A stretch of 64,000 nt of DNA from Gemmatimonadales bacterium (GTDB lineage Bacteria > Gemmatimonadota > Gemmatimonadetes > Gemmatimonadales > GWC2-71-9): contig JBFXAS010000003.1 in assembly GCA_050184075.1 (NCBI GenBank), positions 1,856 to 65,855 on the forward strand. The letters run 5' to 3'. Positions 37,815 to 45,175 of the stretch are shown here, piece by piece. Every line of letters starts with the position of its first letter. Within the stretch, counting starts at the first letter, position 1. The position numbers and the translations under genes were made by a program. The notes below the pieces were generated by a model, which saw only the letters and a list, made by a program, of their open reading frames with translations, was not told the origin of the DNA and searched no databases.

Positions 37815-38597
37815 ATGTTCATTGCGCCACGCAGGTGGGGCACGCTCTCGTTGCTGCTCGCGACGACCAGCGGCGCCGCATCCGCACAGATCGACTATCG
37901 CAATCTCGACCACGCGCGGCCGCTGCTGGTCGCCGACGCCGCGCTCGTCGAGCGGTACGCCTTCGAGCTCTCGCTGCCGTTCGCCTATCGACGCGCCGAC
38001 CGCGCCGACTTCGTCGTCGCCAGTCCCGAGATCCAGTACGGGATCGGTCGCAACCTCGCGGTGGGCGCGGAGCTCGAGCTCGAGGCCGGCGGCGGTGACA
38101 CCGGGCTCCAGGGGGCCAAGCTCTTCGCCAGCTTCAATCCGCTCCGGGAAACGCTCGGCGCGCCCGCCATCTCGGTCCAGGCCGAGCTCGGCCGGCTCAG
38201 GGGAGGGGGCGACGGCGGGGTGACCGTTGGTGCCATCGAGGGATTGGCGACTCGCTCGTTCGGGCGGTCGCGGCTCCACGCCAACCTGCTGCTTCAGGCG
38301 GGGACGGGGGTGGGCGACGATCTCGGGCTGCCGAGATGGCGGCTCGGGGTGGCACTCGACCGCACCCTGATCCGGAGCAGCACCCTGGTGGGTGTGGAAT
38401 TGCTCGCGGCCGACGCGCCCGCCGGCTCGGTGGCCTGGCTCGTCGGTCTCGGCCTCCGGCGCCAGGTGAGCCCGACGCTGGTGGCCCATCTCGGCCTCCA
38501 TCAGGCCCTCGAGGCCGGAGCGGACGGGACCACGGTGCGGTTCGGCCTGAGCCACGTCTTCGCGATCCGCGCCCTGATGCCCGGAGTGGTCCGATGA
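37815..38597 (+). CDS. outer-membrane beta-barrel protein (resembles MetA-pathway/transporter-type barrels; from memory)
   Basis: Trimmed to ATG 37815. Signal peptide MFIAPRRWGTLSLLLATTSGAASAQ, then IDYRNLDHARPLLVADAALVERYAFELSLPFAY and alternating strands. Confidence 0.6.
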   Translation: MFIAPRRWGTLSLLLATTSGAASAQIDYRNLDHARPLLVADAALVERYAFELSLPFAYRRADRADFVVASPEIQYGIGRNLAVGAELELEAGGGDTGLQGAKLFASFNPLRETLGAPAISVQAELGRLRGGGDGGVTVGAIEGLATRSFGRSRLHANLLLQAGTGVGDDLGLPRWRLGVALDRTLIRSSTLVGVELLAADAPAGSVAWLVGLGLRRQVSPTLVAHLGLHQALEAGADGTTVRFGLSHVFAIRALMPGVVR

Positions 38598-39574
38598 CTC
38601 GTCTCCTTCGAAAGGCCCTGCTGGCGCTCGTCCTCGTCCCGCTCGGCAACGCCACCGCCCAGGGCCGCGACGAGCAGTTTTACTATCCGGGCGGCTTCAA
38701 CTGGCAGTTCCGCCGGCACCACCCGGACGCGGCGCGTCTCTTCAACGCGTTCGACTACGGTCACGCCATCCTCTACGAGACCCTCTATACCGATCCGGAC
38801 GGGGCGGCCGCTCGGCTCCCGCGCGAGCTCGACTTTCTGGTGACCGACCTGCTCCGCAATCCTCCCCGGTTCGCGATCGCCGAAGAAGCGGTCATGCCGG
38901 GCTACGCGAAGCTCGCCTGGCGGGCGAAGCAGATGTTCGATTGGGCCCACGTCCTCCATCGGCAGCTCTACGACGTCTACGCCGATCCGCGGCTGGACGA
39001 CGCGGCGCGCCAGCGCATGGCGGAGCGGGTGACCGACTACTACCTGAGCAACGAGCGCCTGGCCTTCGTCGCGGTGCCGAAGTCGATGGCGCTGATGGAC
39101 GAGCAGCATTTCAGTCAGGTCTTCCGGAAGCGGCATCCGGCCTTCAACGGTCTGATCTGGGCGTATCACTGGCTCCAGGTCGGCCTCTATCAGCCGCTCG
39201 TGGCGGCGAGCGCCGCCGGCTCGACGCCGGAGATCCAGGGCACGCTCGATCGCTTCTGGGCGATGGTCGACGGCCGCGCCTTTCCCGAGGTGATGCCGAT
39301 GACGCCCGCGGTGGCGCCCGACTTCGCGGCGCGCCACCCGCGCGCGGCGATCGTCTTCGACAATCTCCACATGATGCACGACATCATCTCCGACATCCTC
39401 GCCTCGGACGAGATTCCGCGCCCGCGCAAGGCGGCGGCGATCGAGGCGGCGCTCGACGAGTTCCAGAGCGCCGAGCGGAACGTGATCGACCTCGGGCACT
39501 GGCGGATGATGGCGGACCACATGGGTGGGGTGGAGCGGATGGGCGGTGTCGCGGGTCGTGCCGGCCCGCCCTAG
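38594..39574 (+). CDS. secreted His-rich hypothetical protein
   Basis: ATG 38594 overlaps the previous stop (ATGA). Signal peptide MTRLLRKALLALVLVPLGNATAQ. Repeated His-containing helices: FDYGHAILYETLY, WAHVLHRQLYDVY, AYHWLQVGLY, FDNLHMMHDIISDIL, GHWRMMADHMGG. Confidence 0.6.
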   Translation: MTRLLRKALLALVLVPLGNATAQGRDEQFYYPGGFNWQFRRHHPDAARLFNAFDYGHAILYETLYTDPDGAAARLPRELDFLVTDLLRNPPRFAIAEEAVMPGYAKLAWRAKQMFDWAHVLHRQLYDVYADPRLDDAARQRMAERVTDYYLSNERLAFVAVPKSMALMDEQHFSQVFRKRHPAFNGLIWAYHWLQVGLYQPLVAASAAGSTPEIQGTLDRFWAMVDGRAFPEVMPMTPAVAPDFAARHPRAAIVFDNLHMMHDIISDILASDEIPRPRKAAAIEAALDEFQSAERNVIDLGHWRMMADHMGGVERMGGVAGRAGPP

Positions 39575-39586
39575 CCGGTGCGGCGG

Positions 39587-39913
39587 TCAGCCGCGCGGCG
39601 TGGTCTCGGACGCGACCCACGCCGCGTAGCCGGGATCGGCTTCGAGCACGGGGGTGATCAGGATCTCGGGTTGCTCGTAGGAGTGGAGGGCGCGGAGCCG
39701 GGCCAGCAGCGCGCTCGCGCGCTGACGGGTGGTCTTGGCGGTGCAGACCCATTCCGTGGCGTGCTCCACGGTGCCCTGCCAGCGATAGGTGCTGGCGATC
39801 GGCCCGGCGATCTGCACACAGGCCGCGAGATGCTCCGCCACCAGCTGGTCGGCGAGCTTCTCCGCGGCCTGTCTGGAATCGATCGTGGTGACGATCTGGA
39901 CCAGCTCGGTCAC
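39587..39913 (-). CDS. cutA: divalent-cation tolerance protein CutA
   Basis: Trimmed to GTG 39913. VQIVTTIDSRQAAEKLADQLVAEHLAACVQIAGPIASTYRWQGTVEHATEWVCTAKT is the CutA1 fold signature. Confidence 0.85.
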   Translation of the reverse strand: MTELVQIVTTIDSRQAAEKLADQLVAEHLAACVQIAGPIASTYRWQGTVEHATEWVCTAKTTRQRASALLARLRALHSYEQPEILITPVLEADPGYAAWVASETTPRG

Positions 39914-39914
39914 T

Positions 39915-40298
39915 CTATTGCGCCGCCCCCACCCCCGGCGTATCCTCCGGTCGCACGCCGTCTTGGATCGGGACCACGGCGGTGCGCCAGCCACTCTTGA
40001 ACGTCACCGTCAAGCGGTAGCCCATCGTGTCCGGAACGACCTTTGCTACTCCGGGCAGCGTTCTGGCATACTCGGCCGCTCGACTCACCTGGGTAGCCCG
40101 GTCTTCGGCGGACGAGCCGCCATGCCACTGGGCCAACGCGCGACCGATCGCGATCACCTGCGCCTGCTCGGCGCCATACCGGGCGTAGCGGTCGGCGGGC
40201 ACCAGGCCCGATTCGTTTGCGATCGGAGCGTAGTCGTCGTAGGGCCGGCAGCCGGCCGCCACGAGCAGGGCGAGCAGTACGGTAGCGCCACGAGGCAT
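39915..40298 (-). CDS. lipoprotein, unknown function
   Basis: Trimmed to ATG 40298. MPRGATVLLALLVAAGCRPY contains a lipobox. The stop lies 1 nt before the cutA start. Confidence 0.6.
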   Translation of the reverse strand: MPRGATVLLALLVAAGCRPYDDYAPIANESGLVPADRYARYGAEQAQVIAIGRALAQWHGGSSAEDRATQVSRAAEYARTLPGVAKVVPDTMGYRLTVTFKSGWRTAVVPIQDGVRPEDTPGVGAAQ

Positions 40299-40360
40299 GC
40301 GTGTCTCTATCGGTGCGATGACGGCCGGGAATATAACCCGCCAGCCAGCGTGAGGCGGAC

Positions 40361-41131
40361 GTGAGCGGAGCACGGATCATCGGATGGGGCCTCTGCCTCG
40401 GCTCGACGAGTGTCGCCGTCGCGCAGCCGGGCGTTGGGCGAGACGTCGCCGATTCGATCTCCGCGCAGGCCGTCCGTCCGGCCACCGGTCCGGTCCTGAG
40501 CTGGCGCCACCTCGGCGTGGTCTCCGTCGGCGTGGCCGGCCTGCTGTTCGTCGACGGACCCACCCAGACCTTCATGCAGGATCGCCGCTCCTCCTTCAGC
40601 GACGCGCTCGCGGACGGCGTCCGGGGCTTCGGCGAGTGGCCGGCGTACGTCGGCGGTCCCGTGGCCCTGACGCTGGTCGGGCTCCTCGCCGGCAACGGCG
40701 CGGTCGCCAGCACCGGCCTCGAGATGGCCGGCGCCGCCTTGGTCACCATGGCGGTCGTGCTCCCGGCCAAGCGCCTGATCGGACGGGAGCGCCCGAATTG
40801 CGCCTGCGGCTCCTCCAACTTCGCGATCGGCGGCACCGGGCGCGCGATGCCGTCGGGTCACACCGCCGTCGCCTTCGCGGTGCTCACCGCGCTCGGGGAT
40901 CGGATCCCCTCGGCGCCGGCGCGGGTGGCGCTCACGGGCGTCGCGGCGCTGGTGGGCTGGTCCCGGATGAACGACGACAAGCACTGGCTGAGCGATGTCG
41001 CCATGGGCGCGATCATCGGCACGGCGTCGGCGCGGGTGGTGAACGGCCGCTGGCGGCTGTTCGGCGGCGGCCGGCCGATGGTGACGGCCAACCCGGAGTG
41101 GACCTCCGTGGGCTGGTCACTCACTTTCTAG
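40361..41131 (+). CDS. PAP2 family phosphatase
   Basis: 256 aa. The PAP2 triad is KRLIGRERP, PSGHTA and SRMNDDKHWLSD. Confidence 0.85.
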   Translation: MSGARIIGWGLCLGSTSVAVAQPGVGRDVADSISAQAVRPATGPVLSWRHLGVVSVGVAGLLFVDGPTQTFMQDRRSSFSDALADGVRGFGEWPAYVGGPVALTLVGLLAGNGAVASTGLEMAGAALVTMAVVLPAKRLIGRERPNCACGSSNFAIGGTGRAMPSGHTAVAFAVLTALGDRIPSAPARVALTGVAALVGWSRMNDDKHWLSDVAMGAIIGTASARVVNGRWRLFGGGRPMVTANPEWTSVGWSLTF

Positions 41132-41133
41132 GA

Positions 41134-42168
41134 GTGCTGCGCTCCGCTCTTCTCCTCGCCGCCGCGCTCGCCGGCCCGCCGGCGGCCGAGGCCTCGGGAG
41201 TCCTCTCCGTCGCGCTCGCCGGCCCGCCGTCGGCCGACACCTCGGGAGTCCTCTCCGTCGCGCTCGCCGGCCCGCCGTCGGCCGACACGTCGGGGGTCCT
41301 CTCCGTCTTCAACGCCGGCTCCCTGGCCGCTCCCTTTCGGGAGGTCTTCAGGGCGTTCCGCGACCGCTATCCTGATATCGAGCCGCGCTCGGAGTCGTCC
41401 GGCAGCGTCGAGGCTGCGCGGAAGCTGACCGATCTCGGCAAGGTGCCCGACGTGCTGGCCGTGGCGGACCTCGCGGTGCTGGAGCAGCTGGTCGTCCCGA
41501 CCCACGCGGCCTGGGGCGCGGCGTTCGCCTCCAACGCGATGGTGATCGCGTATCGGCCCGACGCTCCCGGTTCGGGGCGGCTCTCGATGGACAGCTGGCC
41601 GGAGATCCTCACGGCGAGCGGGGTGAGGATCGGACGCGCCGACCCGGGGCAGGATCCCGCGGGCTATCGCGCGCTGATGGTCTTCCAGCTGGCGGAGCGC
41701 CACTATGGCCAGGTCGGTCTCGAGCGCCGTCTGCTCGCCAACAGCGGCGATCGCTACGTGCGCCCCAGGTCGGTCGAGCTGATCGCGCTGCTCCAGACAG
41801 GGAACCTCGACTACGCTCTCGAGTATCGGACCGTGGCGAAGCATTCCGGCCTGCCGTTTCTCGAGCTTCCCGACGAGGTGAATCTGGCCAACCCGGAGCT
41901 GGCCGCGCGCTATCGGGCGGCCAAGGTCTCGATTCCCCGCTCGCGGCGGACCCAGGACCTCACCCTCGATTTCGTGGGCGGGCCGATCGCGTACGGGATC
42001 GCGATCCCGACGCGGGCGCCCAATCCGGAGGCGGCTCGAGCCTTCGTGCGCTTCCTGCTGGGGCCGGAGGGCCGCGGGATCCTCGCCCGCAACGGGTTCG
42101 TCCTGCCAAAGAGCCAGCAGATCTTGGGTGACCGGGCGGCGGCCGCCCGTGTACTGCCCCCTTCCTAG
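41134..42168 (+). CDS. tungstate/molybdate-type periplasmic binding protein (WtpA/ModA-like), orphan
   Basis: GTG 41134. The mature part LSVFNAGSLAAPFREVFRAFRDRYPDIEPRSESSGSVEAARKLTDLGKVPDVLAVADLAVL...FASNAMVIAY matches the WtpA/TupA-like pattern. No permease or ATPase genes are nearby. Confidence 0.75.
   Translation: MLRSALLLAAALAGPPAAEASGVLSVALAGPPSADTSGVLSVALAGPPSADTSGVLSVFNAGSLAAPFREVFRAFRDRYPDIEPRSESSGSVEAARKLTDLGKVPDVLAVADLAVLEQLVVPTHAAWGAAFASNAMVIAYRPDAPGSGRLSMDSWPEILTASGVRIGRADPGQDPAGYRALMVFQLAERHYGQVGLERRLLANSGDRYVRPRSVELIALLQTGNLDYALEYRTVAKHSGLPFLELPDEVNLANPELAARYRAAKVSIPRSRRTQDLTLDFVGGPIAYGIAIPTRAPNPEAARAFVRFLLGPEGRGILARNGFVLPKSQQILGDRAAAARVLPPS
41167..41307 (+). repeat. 48-bp tandem repeat, 2.9 copies, inside the binding-protein N-terminus
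   Basis: Units at 41167..41214, 41215..41262 and 41263..41307. Unit 1 vs unit 2 shows 4 mismatches; unit 2 vs unit 3 shows 2. Each unit encodes LAGPP(A/S)A(E/D)(A/T)SGVLSVA. Confidence 0.9.
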
Positions 42169-42374
42169 CTCGCCCTTCCCACGCCGGGGCCCCGGCCGGG
42201 CTGGCGCCCGGGCCGGAACCGCGCTTACCTATACCGGCGTCATGCTCCGGCAGGCGCCGCGTCCCCGGCGAGTCGAAGGCGTCCGCCGGGCCCGCCTTCC
42301 CAGCCGGGTCGCCGGATGCGGCATGCGGGCGCCATCGCTCCGGGCAATCCTCCCTCGAACCCAAGTCCGAACTC

Positions 42375-44003
42375 ATGAGCTCTCGTCCCAACATCCCGAC
42401 GCCGATCAACGAGCCGATTCTGAGCTACGCGCCCGGTACAGCCGAGCGCGCCGCACTCAAGGCCGAGCTGGCGCGGCAGGCCGACACCGTGGTGGACGTC
42501 CCGCTGGTGATCGGCGGGAAGGAGATCCGCACCGGCCGCACCCACCCGGTCGTGGCGCCGCACCACCACGCACAGGTGCTCGCCAACGTGCACATGGCCG
42601 ACCCGCGTCACGTGACCCAGGCCGTGCGCGCCGCCGAGCGCGCCTGGCGGGAGTGGTCGAGATGGCCGTTCGCGGACCGGGCGGCCGTGTTCCTGAGGGC
42701 GGCCGAGCTGCTGGCGGGCCCGTGGCGGCAGGTGATCAACGCGGCCACCATGCTGGGCCAGAGCAAGACGGCCTTTCAGGCCGAGATCGACAGCGCCTGC
42801 GAGCTGATCGATTTCTGGCGGTTCAACACCGCCTACGCCGAGCGTCTCTACGGCGAGCAGCCGATCTCCTCGGCCGGGGTCTGGAACCGGCTGGAGTATC
42901 GGGCCCTCGAGGGCTTCGTCTACGCCATCACGCCGTTCAACTTCACCGCGATCGGCGGCAATCTCTCGGGCGCGCCTGCGCTGATGGGCAACACGGTCGT
43001 CTGGAAGCCCGCGGGCACCGCGTCGCTCAGCAACTACTACGTGATGAAGCTGTTCGAGGCGGCGGGGTTGCCGCCCGGCGTGATCAACTTCGTGCCCGGC
43101 GACGCGATCCAGATCTCCGACCGGCTGCTCGCCGACCGCCGGCTGGCCGGAATCCACTTCACCGGATCGACGGCGGTGTTCCAGTCGCTCTGGCGGACGG
43201 TGGGCGAGCGGATCGACCAGTACGCCGCTTATCCGCGGCTGGTGGGCGAGACCGGCGGGAAGGACTTCGTGATCGCCCACCCGAGCGCCGATCCGCAGGC
43301 GGTGGCGGTGGCGCTGGTGCGCGGCGCCTACGAGTACCAGGGGCAGAAGTGCAGCGCCGCGTCGCGGGCTTACATCCCGCAGAGCCTCTGGAGCGAGGTC
43401 CGCGATCGGATGGTGGCGATGATCGCCGAGATCAAGATGGGCGACGTCGCCGACTTCCGGAACTTCATGGGTGCCGTGATCGACGCGAAGTCGTTCGCCA
43501 AGCTCGCCGGCTATCTCGCCCAGGCCAAGAAGGACCGCGGAGTAAAGATCGTGGCCGGCGGCGGCACCGACGACCAGCGCGGCTATTTCGTCGAGCCGAC
43601 GCTGATCCAGGTCACCAACCCGAACTACCGGACCATGTGCGAAGAGCTTTTCGGTCCGGTGCTCACGGTCTACGTCTATCCGGATCGGCAGTGGAAGCAG
43701 ACGCTGCGCCTGGTCGACGGGACCAGTCCGTACGCCTTGACCGGCGCCGTCTTCTCGACCGACCGGCAGGCCGTCCGCGACGCCGATCAGATCCTCAAGC
43801 ATGCGGCGGGCAACTACTACGTCAACGACAAGCCGACCGGCGCCGTGGTCGGCCAGCAGCCGTTCGGCGGGGCGCGGGCGAGCGGCACCAACGACAAGGC
43901 CGGCTCCTATCTCAACCTGGTCCGCTGGGTCTCGCCCCGAACGATCAAGGAGACCTTCGTGCCGCCGACCGGCTACGCCTATCCCTTCATGGCCAAGGGG
44001 TAG
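42375..44003 (+). CDS. pruA: L-glutamate gamma-semialdehyde (1-pyrroline-5-carboxylate) dehydrogenase
   Basis: 542 aa. ALDH fold with FNFTAIGGNL, VVWKPA, FTGSTAVF, ETGGKDF and the catalytic GQKCSAASR; N-terminus typical of PruA/RocA. Confidence 0.9.
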   Translation: MSSRPNIPTPINEPILSYAPGTAERAALKAELARQADTVVDVPLVIGGKEIRTGRTHPVVAPHHHAQVLANVHMADPRHVTQAVRAAERAWREWSRWPFADRAAVFLRAAELLAGPWRQVINAATMLGQSKTAFQAEIDSACELIDFWRFNTAYAERLYGEQPISSAGVWNRLEYRALEGFVYAITPFNFTAIGGNLSGAPALMGNTVVWKPAGTASLSNYYVMKLFEAAGLPPGVINFVPGDAIQISDRLLADRRLAGIHFTGSTAVFQSLWRTVGERIDQYAAYPRLVGETGGKDFVIAHPSADPQAVAVALVRGAYEYQGQKCSAASRAYIPQSLWSEVRDRMVAMIAEIKMGDVADFRNFMGAVIDAKSFAKLAGYLAQAKKDRGVKIVAGGGTDDQRGYFVEPTLIQVTNPNYRTMCEELFGPVLTVYVYPDRQWKQTLRLVDGTSPYALTGAVFSTDRQAVRDADQILKHAAGNYYVNDKPTGAVVGQQPFGGARASGTNDKAGSYLNLVRWVSPRTIKETFVPPTGYAYPFMAKG

Positions 44004-44012
44004 CTCGCGGCG

Positions 44013-44789
44013 GTGGTGGTGAGGTCGGCCGCGCTCCTGCTATTGCTTCCCGCGACCTCGCTGGTCGCGCAAGGGGCCCCGCGATACACCGTCGCGGGGC
44101 TTCGCTGCGCCGTGTTCGGGTTGGAGGTCCGCTCCGACATCACGTCGCAGCGTGGGCGAGTCACGATCCAGGATCGAGCCGGCCGCGACGGCGTGCTCGC
44201 GGTCCGCGCGAAGGACACAACCGGCGGGCTCGCGATCGAAGCCTGGTTCGACTCGCTGACCGTCTGGCGCCGAACCCGCGCCGGCACCGAGCGCGGCGAC
44301 CCTGAAGGCTTTCTGGGCGGACGCTACCGCGGCCTGTTGCTCCCGACCGGCGGCTACGAGCCGATCGCGGTGCCCTTCGTGCCGGATCCGCTGACCGACC
44401 TGGCCGATCTCCGCGGGGCCCTCGACGACTTCTTCCCGTTGCTGGCCGATCGGCCGCTCGAGCCGGGGGCGGTCTGGCGCGCCGAGGGCATCGAGATCCG
44501 GCGGGTGGCCGACCGGGACGGTTTCGGCCAGTATCGCTGGCGCAGGACCGCGCGAGCCAGCGACTCGGTGACGTTCGAGGCCGGGACCGCCCGGATCGAG
44601 CAGCAGACGACCGAGGCCGGCCAGCTCTCCTGGTCGGCCACACTCGGCCCCGCGGCCTGGTATCGACGGATCGAGGTGAACGCCAGGCTCCCTCGCACGG
44701 AGAGCGTCCGCCAGGGCATGCTCTCCGAAGTCCTGCAGGAGATCTGGGTGACCCGGCGGCCGCAGTCCCCGATCTGCGACTCCCATTGA
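44013..44789 (+). CDS. secreted hypothetical protein
   Basis: 258 aa. GTG start and signal peptide VVRSAALLLLLPATSLVAQG. High GC3. No family recognised. Confidence 0.55.
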   Translation: MVVRSAALLLLLPATSLVAQGAPRYTVAGLRCAVFGLEVRSDITSQRGRVTIQDRAGRDGVLAVRAKDTTGGLAIEAWFDSLTVWRRTRAGTERGDPEGFLGGRYRGLLLPTGGYEPIAVPFVPDPLTDLADLRGALDDFFPLLADRPLEPGAVWRAEGIEIRRVADRDGFGQYRWRRTARASDSVTFEAGTARIEQQTTEAGQLSWSATLGPAAWYRRIEVNARLPRTESVRQGMLSEVLQEIWVTRRPQSPICDSH

Positions 44790-44835
44790 CGTTCTATGGG
44801 AAGGCGATAGCTTTCCCATAGAACGTCAATGGGAG
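44780..44835 (+). promoter_or_regulatory. perfect 23-bp inverted repeat (two nested dyad sites) spanning a stop and the PadR-2 start
   Basis: CTCCCATTGACGTTCTATGGGAA (44780..44802), 10 nt, TTCCCATAGAACGTCAATGGGAG (44813..44835). Each arm is itself CCCAT-N9-ATGGG. The arms cover TGA 44787..44789 and ATG 44829. The region also contains TTGACG, 16 nt, TAGCTT. Confidence 0.6.
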
Positions 44836-45167
44836 ATAGGGTGCGACTCGAGCTGCTGCAGGGAACCCTCGATCTCCTCGTCCTCAAGGCGCTCTCAGCC
44901 GGGCCCACCCATGGGTACGGGGTGGCGCGCTGGATCCAGGACCACTCCAACGACACCCTCGCCGTCGAAGAAGGCTCGCTCTATCCGGCGCTCCACCGGA
45001 TGGCGCGGCGGGGCTGGCTCGAGGCGGAGTGGGGTGTCTCGGAGAACAATCGGCGGGCGCGGTTCTACCGTCTGACTGCGAAGGGGCGGCGGCAGTTGGA
45101 CGAGGAGGCCAGGCTCTGGCGGCAGTTCACGGAGGTGGTGGCCGGGATCCTTTCCGTCGACGGGTGA
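44829..45167 (+). CDS. PadR family transcriptional regulator
   Basis: 112 aa. LDLLVLKALSAGPTHGYGVARWIQ...EGSLYPALHRMARRGWLEAEW...RRARFYRLTAKGRRQL. Confidence 0.9.
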   Translation: MGDRVRLELLQGTLDLLVLKALSAGPTHGYGVARWIQDHSNDTLAVEEGSLYPALHRMARRGWLEAEWGVSENNRRARFYRLTAKGRRQLDEEARLWRQFTEVVAGILSVDG

Positions 45168-45175
45168 GGCGCGCG

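Noticed and set aside
41167-41307. Could the 48-bp repeats be a small CRISPR array?
   Set aside because: The units are directly abutting with no spacers. They lie in frame inside a coding sequence and encode a repeated peptide. No cas genes are present in the window.
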